A stretch of DNA of 64,000 nucleotides, from positions 2,252,408-2,316,407 of the forward strand of contig NW_003314278.1 of NCBI RefSeq assembly GCF_000143415.4, read 5' to 3'. Positions 59,807 through 64,000 of this stretch are shown one piece after another. A model generated the notes under the pieces. The model worked only from the letters and a program-made list of their open reading frames with translations, ran no database searches and was not told the origin of the DNA. Position 1 is the stretch's first letter; each line of letters begins with the position of its first letter. A program made the position numbers and the translations under genes. Source of the stretch: Selaginella moellendorffii. Its lineage: Eukaryota > Plantae > Lycopodiophyta.

Positions 59807-61702
59807 CTAAAACTGCCAATCCAGATACTCGTCCAGATCCTTGCTCGCCGCCGCCGCCGCCGCGTAGTCGAGCGCCGGGATGCTCGCCTTCATCTCCTTC
59901 TCGTACCAGCACAGATAGTTGAGCCCCACCAGGAGCTCCACGATGGCCGCCTCCGCCTTGATCTGGTCCGCGAAGAAGAGCGTCTGGAGCAGTAGCACAT
60001 TCGTCCGCGACACAACCTGCTGCTCGAAGTTGTGCTCCGACTGCCACCGGATCATGTTGTGCGCCAGCGGCGCCAGCCACCCAAGAATCTCCTCCAGGCT
60101 CTCCCGCCACGCCGCCGCGGTGGAGTTTTCCAGCCGGAGCACCGCCGCCTCGCCACCGCCGCCGCCATTGCTGGGCTTGAAGCAGGCCCTCAGCCTGGTG
60201 CGGAGTCCCACCCGGACGCTCTTGGGGAGCATCCGGTAGAGATCGTCGCGCGCGTCGTTGCCAACCAGCTGCGGGAACTTGACCATCTTCTCCACGATGA
60301 TTATCACGTTTGCGTAGTGGAGCGCCAGCGCCGAGCCGCCCAACGTCGATGATGGCGCCGTCTGCTGGATGAACTTCGGATCGAAGAAGAGCCGGCTGCT
60401 CGTCAGCCTCCCGTTCGGAACGTGGTGCCTCGATGGCTGCGACAGGAAGGTCCTGCTTGATCCGTTCCGGTACCCGTTGGTGGTGACGAAGGATCTCACC
60501 TCTTGTATCGCTGCCGGGTGTTCTTGAGGAGCATCGGTCGCGGGCGACGAGTTCTTGGGAGAAGGATCCATCACCGCCACCTCCGCCGAGGAAGTCCTCC
60601 GCGTCACCTCCGCCGACTGCTCCACCGGGGACGTTGCTTGCGAGGTCTCCGTCCCCGACGATGGCGACGTGGAAGCTCCCAGAGACGACCCATTGCAAGG
60701 CGACGTAGCGGAGCCATTGCACGCTTCCACGAACGTCTGTGCTTTAGCACCACCTTTGGCACCGCCACCTCCTCCACCACCACCTCCGCCACCACAAAAC
60801 TGGAGAAACGATCCAGAGGAAACCGTCTGCTGCTGCTGCTGCTGCTGCTGCTGGGAAAGAACTTGCGAGTGATTCGCCGAGAGCTGCTGTGAGAACCGGC
60901 CGCATCGATCGAACCTCGCGAGCTCGCCCAGGCCGAGGAAGCCGCTGTTGCAGTTCCCGTGATCCAATGCGGCCGGGGGACCGAAGACGCTGACGATCCG
61001 GCCATGGATCGTACAGATGGTCCGGGCGAGCAGCATGACGATCTTGTCATACGTGCGGTTCCACAGCGACATGTCACGCAGGTACTTGATCTCCTGCCGC
61101 TGCCACGAGATCTTGTGCTCGAGCGCGCTGAGGTTGTCCCGCTGCTGCGACGAGGCCTCCGGATCGTCCTCGTGGATCCGCCGTACCGCCTGCTCCAGGT
61201 CCGCCAGGATCTCCAGCTCCTGGTAGAGGTTGCTGGTGCTGGCGATGTAGCGCTCCATCTTCTTCACCTTGGCCTCCATCTCCCGCGCGCTAAACTCGAG
61301 CGCGCTCACATCGATGGCCTGGCGGAGGATGTCCGCGAAGACGTGCTCGAATCCCTGCAGCGCAGCCTCCTGGCACCGCTTGCCCAGCCGCGCCACCGAT
61401 CCCGCCAGCGCCACCAGGTCCTGGAGCTTCTCGCGGCACGCCAGCCCCAGCAGCGCCGCCTCGCTGTCCGAGACGAGCTTGAGCACGCCCTCCGCCCGGA
61501 TCACCTCGCCGCGCAGCCGGATCATCTCCTGGTCGCTCAGCGACTGCCACAGCACGATCGATTTGGACATGACGTTGGCCACCTCGAATGCCAGGATGGA
61601 GATCTTTGCCTTGTCGCCCCGCCCACCACCGCCCCCGCCGCCGCCGCCGCGCCGCTTATCCAATTTCCCTGCCGCCGCCTTGATCGAGCTCACTTGCCCC
61701 AT
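59807..61702 (-). CDS. DUF3475/DUF668 protein (PSK SIMULATOR family), intronless
   Basis: ISILAFEVANVMSK, SLWNRTYD, TLGGSALALHYANVII, ARDDLYRMLP, WLAPLAHNMIRWQSEHNFEQ, LLLQTLFFAD. Confidence 0.93.
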   Translation of the reverse strand: MGQVSSIKAAAGKLDKRRGGGGGGGGGRGDKAKISILAFEVANVMSKSIVLWQSLSDQEMIRLRGEVIRAEGVLKLVSDSEAALLGLACREKLQDLVALAGSVARLGKRCQEAALQGFEHVFADILRQAIDVSALEFSAREMEAKVKKMERYIASTSNLYQELEILADLEQAVRRIHEDDPEASSQQRDNLSALEHKISWQRQEIKYLRDMSLWNRTYDKIVMLLARTICTIHGRIVSVFGPPAALDHGNCNSGFLGLGELARFDRCGRFSQQLSANHSQVLSQQQQQQQQQTVSSGSFLQFCGGGGGGGGGGGAKGGAKAQTFVEACNGSATSPCNGSSLGASTSPSSGTETSQATSPVEQSAEVTRRTSSAEVAVMDPSPKNSSPATDAPQEHPAAIQEVRSFVTTNGYRNGSSRTFLSQPSRHHVPNGRLTSSRLFFDPKFIQQTAPSSTLGGSALALHYANVIIIVEKMVKFPQLVGNDARDDLYRMLPKSVRVGLRTRLRACFKPSNGGGGGEAAVLRLENSTAAAWRESLEEILGWLAPLAHNMIRWQSEHNFEQQVVSRTNVLLLQTLFFADQIKAEAAIVELLVGLNYLCWYEKEMKASIPALDYAAAAAASKDLDEYLDWQF

Positions 61703-62257
61703 GACACCCGAATCCTATCCTGAGCCGCGTTCTAGTTCCTCCACTCCGCCATAGCCAGGGCTTGCTCTATCACTCCCCGCCCGCCATAGCCAGAGCTTCC
61801 ACGGCGCTGAAAACCACGGATGATCCCGAGACCCCATCGCCAGTGCGCTGCCTGGATTCAATGCGGCGCTGCTGCATTGTGGATGAGAACAGGAGTTACC
61901 TCGCGAAGAACCCTAGCGCCGGGAATTCCTGGATCTGGCCGCGCGCATTCGCCATAGCCTAGTAGTCTCCTCGAATCAATGCCGCAGGGGGGAAAGCCGA
62001 GCGACCCACGAACAGCTCCTCACCTAACAATCTCCAGCCCGGGCCAGAGACTGGATTGCTGACGCTCGCTCGAGAGAATCAAGCCAGTCCATCGAGCTGC
62101 CGCTCGCCGGTCTTCCTGCTACCGCCATAGCCCCTGCTGGAGACGCGATTCAAGGGCAAGGGCGCAGAAAAGGAGAGAGGGAGAGAGGGCACGAGGAAAT
62201 CAATGGGAGTGAATGCGCCCAGAGTGAATGCCAATGCCCTAAGCGCGAGAGAAGAGA

Positions 62258-62259
62258 GA

Positions 62260-62298
<39 letters not shown>
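62258..62298. repeat. (CT)n microsatellite
   Basis: Direct observation. A second (CT)n lies at 62802-62830 and a (CTG)n at 63120-63141. Confidence 0.95.
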
Positions 62299-62300
<2 letters not shown>

Positions 62301-62797
62301 GGCGTACGCGCAAAGGCAAAGACGAGGGACGCGAGAAAGGGAGACCAACAAAACAAACAAAAAATAAAGCCTGGCGAAGGCTGGCTGGAGTTAGCTAGGA
62401 TGCCACTTCAGTTGGAAAGCTATGGAGAGAAAAAAAGAGAGAAAAGAGTTTTTCCATCTCCATTCAAGGAGAGCGCATCTATCCGGGAATATGCTCTGTC
62501 TCCCCCACGGCAAGGTATATTCCGCCGGCTTAAGCGCTTTAAGAGCTCCTAGGAAATGGGAATAATTTGCGATTACATGACGACGAATCGCCTCGTCGTT
62601 TCCTGCCATTGTTTTCTTATATGGTTTTCTTTTCCTTTGATTTGATGATCCAGGAAAATTTCTTGCCGGAATAAAGAATCTCGATCGAAACTCGGGTCTT
62701 TTCCTTCCTTTTTTTCTTTGGATCGTTTCGGAGGGACTTGATGCTTGATGTTGCCATAGTTGAAAACCGTGACACAGCGGAACTCCCTCCCATAATG

Positions 62798-62832
<35 letters not shown>

Positions 62833-64000
62833 CCTCCTTTTTTCTTGGTTCTTTAACATCGCCCATCTGTAAAGCAGCACCTACAACTGATGAGTATAAT
62901 CTCAACATGGCCAACCCAAACAACCGAAAATCTCACCTGGCCTCCATGGCTTTTCGGCTCGCTCGCTTGCTTGCCACCTAACAAGCCATCGTAATCTAGC
63001 GCAGCCTGCCCCGCCTTCGTTCGAACCAACGACAAGGCCGTGTCGATTGTGTTGTGTGTCCATTCCAGAAGTGGTGGCTGCTTCCATTTAAGAAAAAAAT
63101 CACACATATGCTCCTGCCACTGCTGCTGCTGCTGCTGCTGCTACTTCTCTGCATCGAATTCCAGATAAATCTTTAGAAAACAAAAATATATAAAAGAAAG
63201 AAAAACCAAAGCTTAGCTTGGCAGTAAGTGGCATTTGTCACTGTACCTTAAGTTCGTGGATTTTATTCGCCTGCTTGTTGCGGATTGTTTGGCGCTTTTG
63301 CGAGCTGCTGGCGCTCGCTCACGGTCTTTTCCTTGGAATCCGTCCATGGCCGCAGTTAAAACTTCGTGTTCTTCCCGATGGGGTTGCTGGCATGGCTGCA
63401 AGTACGCGTTCCTGTTCCTGTGTGCGAGAGGAATAAAATACAAATCGCTGCTTCAGAGTTTCGAAATATATGCTTAACTTTAGGAGACGAATCGGTACGG
63501 GTCGAGACGCGCTTTGGGAAGATTAAGAAACGCGATTATGTGCATGCTTTTCGTAAATCGCTGTATATATGCTGCAAAAAGAATTCACAGCGAGAAATTA
63601 GATGAGAGTGCTCTCCAGACAGACAATCGATTTGGTTTCGTACAGAAACTGAATCCTTGTTTTCATGGAACCTGGAAAAACAAGATCTTGCTTAGAAATG
63701 CACGCGTGACCTGGCCTCCCGGAGTTCATAATGCTCGCGATTTGTCATCATTGTCCGTAGGCTGCAAAACGAGAGAAATGTGGGATTTCGACGCGAATGC
63801 TTGATTCACACTTACGTCGCCGCCTTCCACTTTACGCTTCCGCAGATCCAATGTTTGGGACGGGTCCTTGGAACCAATGCCTCCCACTTAAAAACCAGTA
63901 ACCCAATGTGAACATCGACACGCCTCCCAGTGCGACCGGAGCATAATTGAGCGTCTCTATCGTGACGGGATACGCCACCGGCAGGCAAAACAAGACGGTG

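Overview
Eukaryotic plant nuclear DNA. The ~50-nt introns, very short intergenic gaps and PPR genes made of 31-aa SS-type repeats suggest the lycophyte Selaginella; this is inferred, not proven. Positions 1-44.6 kb and 57.2-62 kb are gene-dense. Genes found: CYP26-2-like cyclophilin, Rubisco activase, LPA3, F-box/kelch, RIN4/NOI, bHLH, OEP16, strawberry-notch/FGT1, ZIP, SRD2/SNAPC3, lipid phosphate phosphatase, SBP-box (SPL), AOX, type III PKS pseudogene, IDA/PIP-like peptide, a coiled-coil protein, four PLS-class PPRs and a PSI/DUF668 gene. An AT-rich nested LTR-retrotransposon block fills ~44.7-57.1 kb. Most striking observations: (1) a Rubisco activase whose two-Cys redox C-terminal extension is tandemly quadruplicated as four symmetric phase-1 exons; (2) an SPL transcription factor whose last exon looks like an exonised LINE ORF2 C-terminal (zf-RVT-like) domain and whose promoter carries a dense array of SBP-binding CCGTAC sites; (3) a local SPL-PPR-AOX duplication/inversion with reciprocal decay that harbours an orphan gene; (4) an IDA/PIP-like peptide precursor, a Ser-I AOX, an LPP lacking its C3 Arg, and a ZDRE plus GTAC element upstream of the ZIP gene. 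All exon models were derived by hand.
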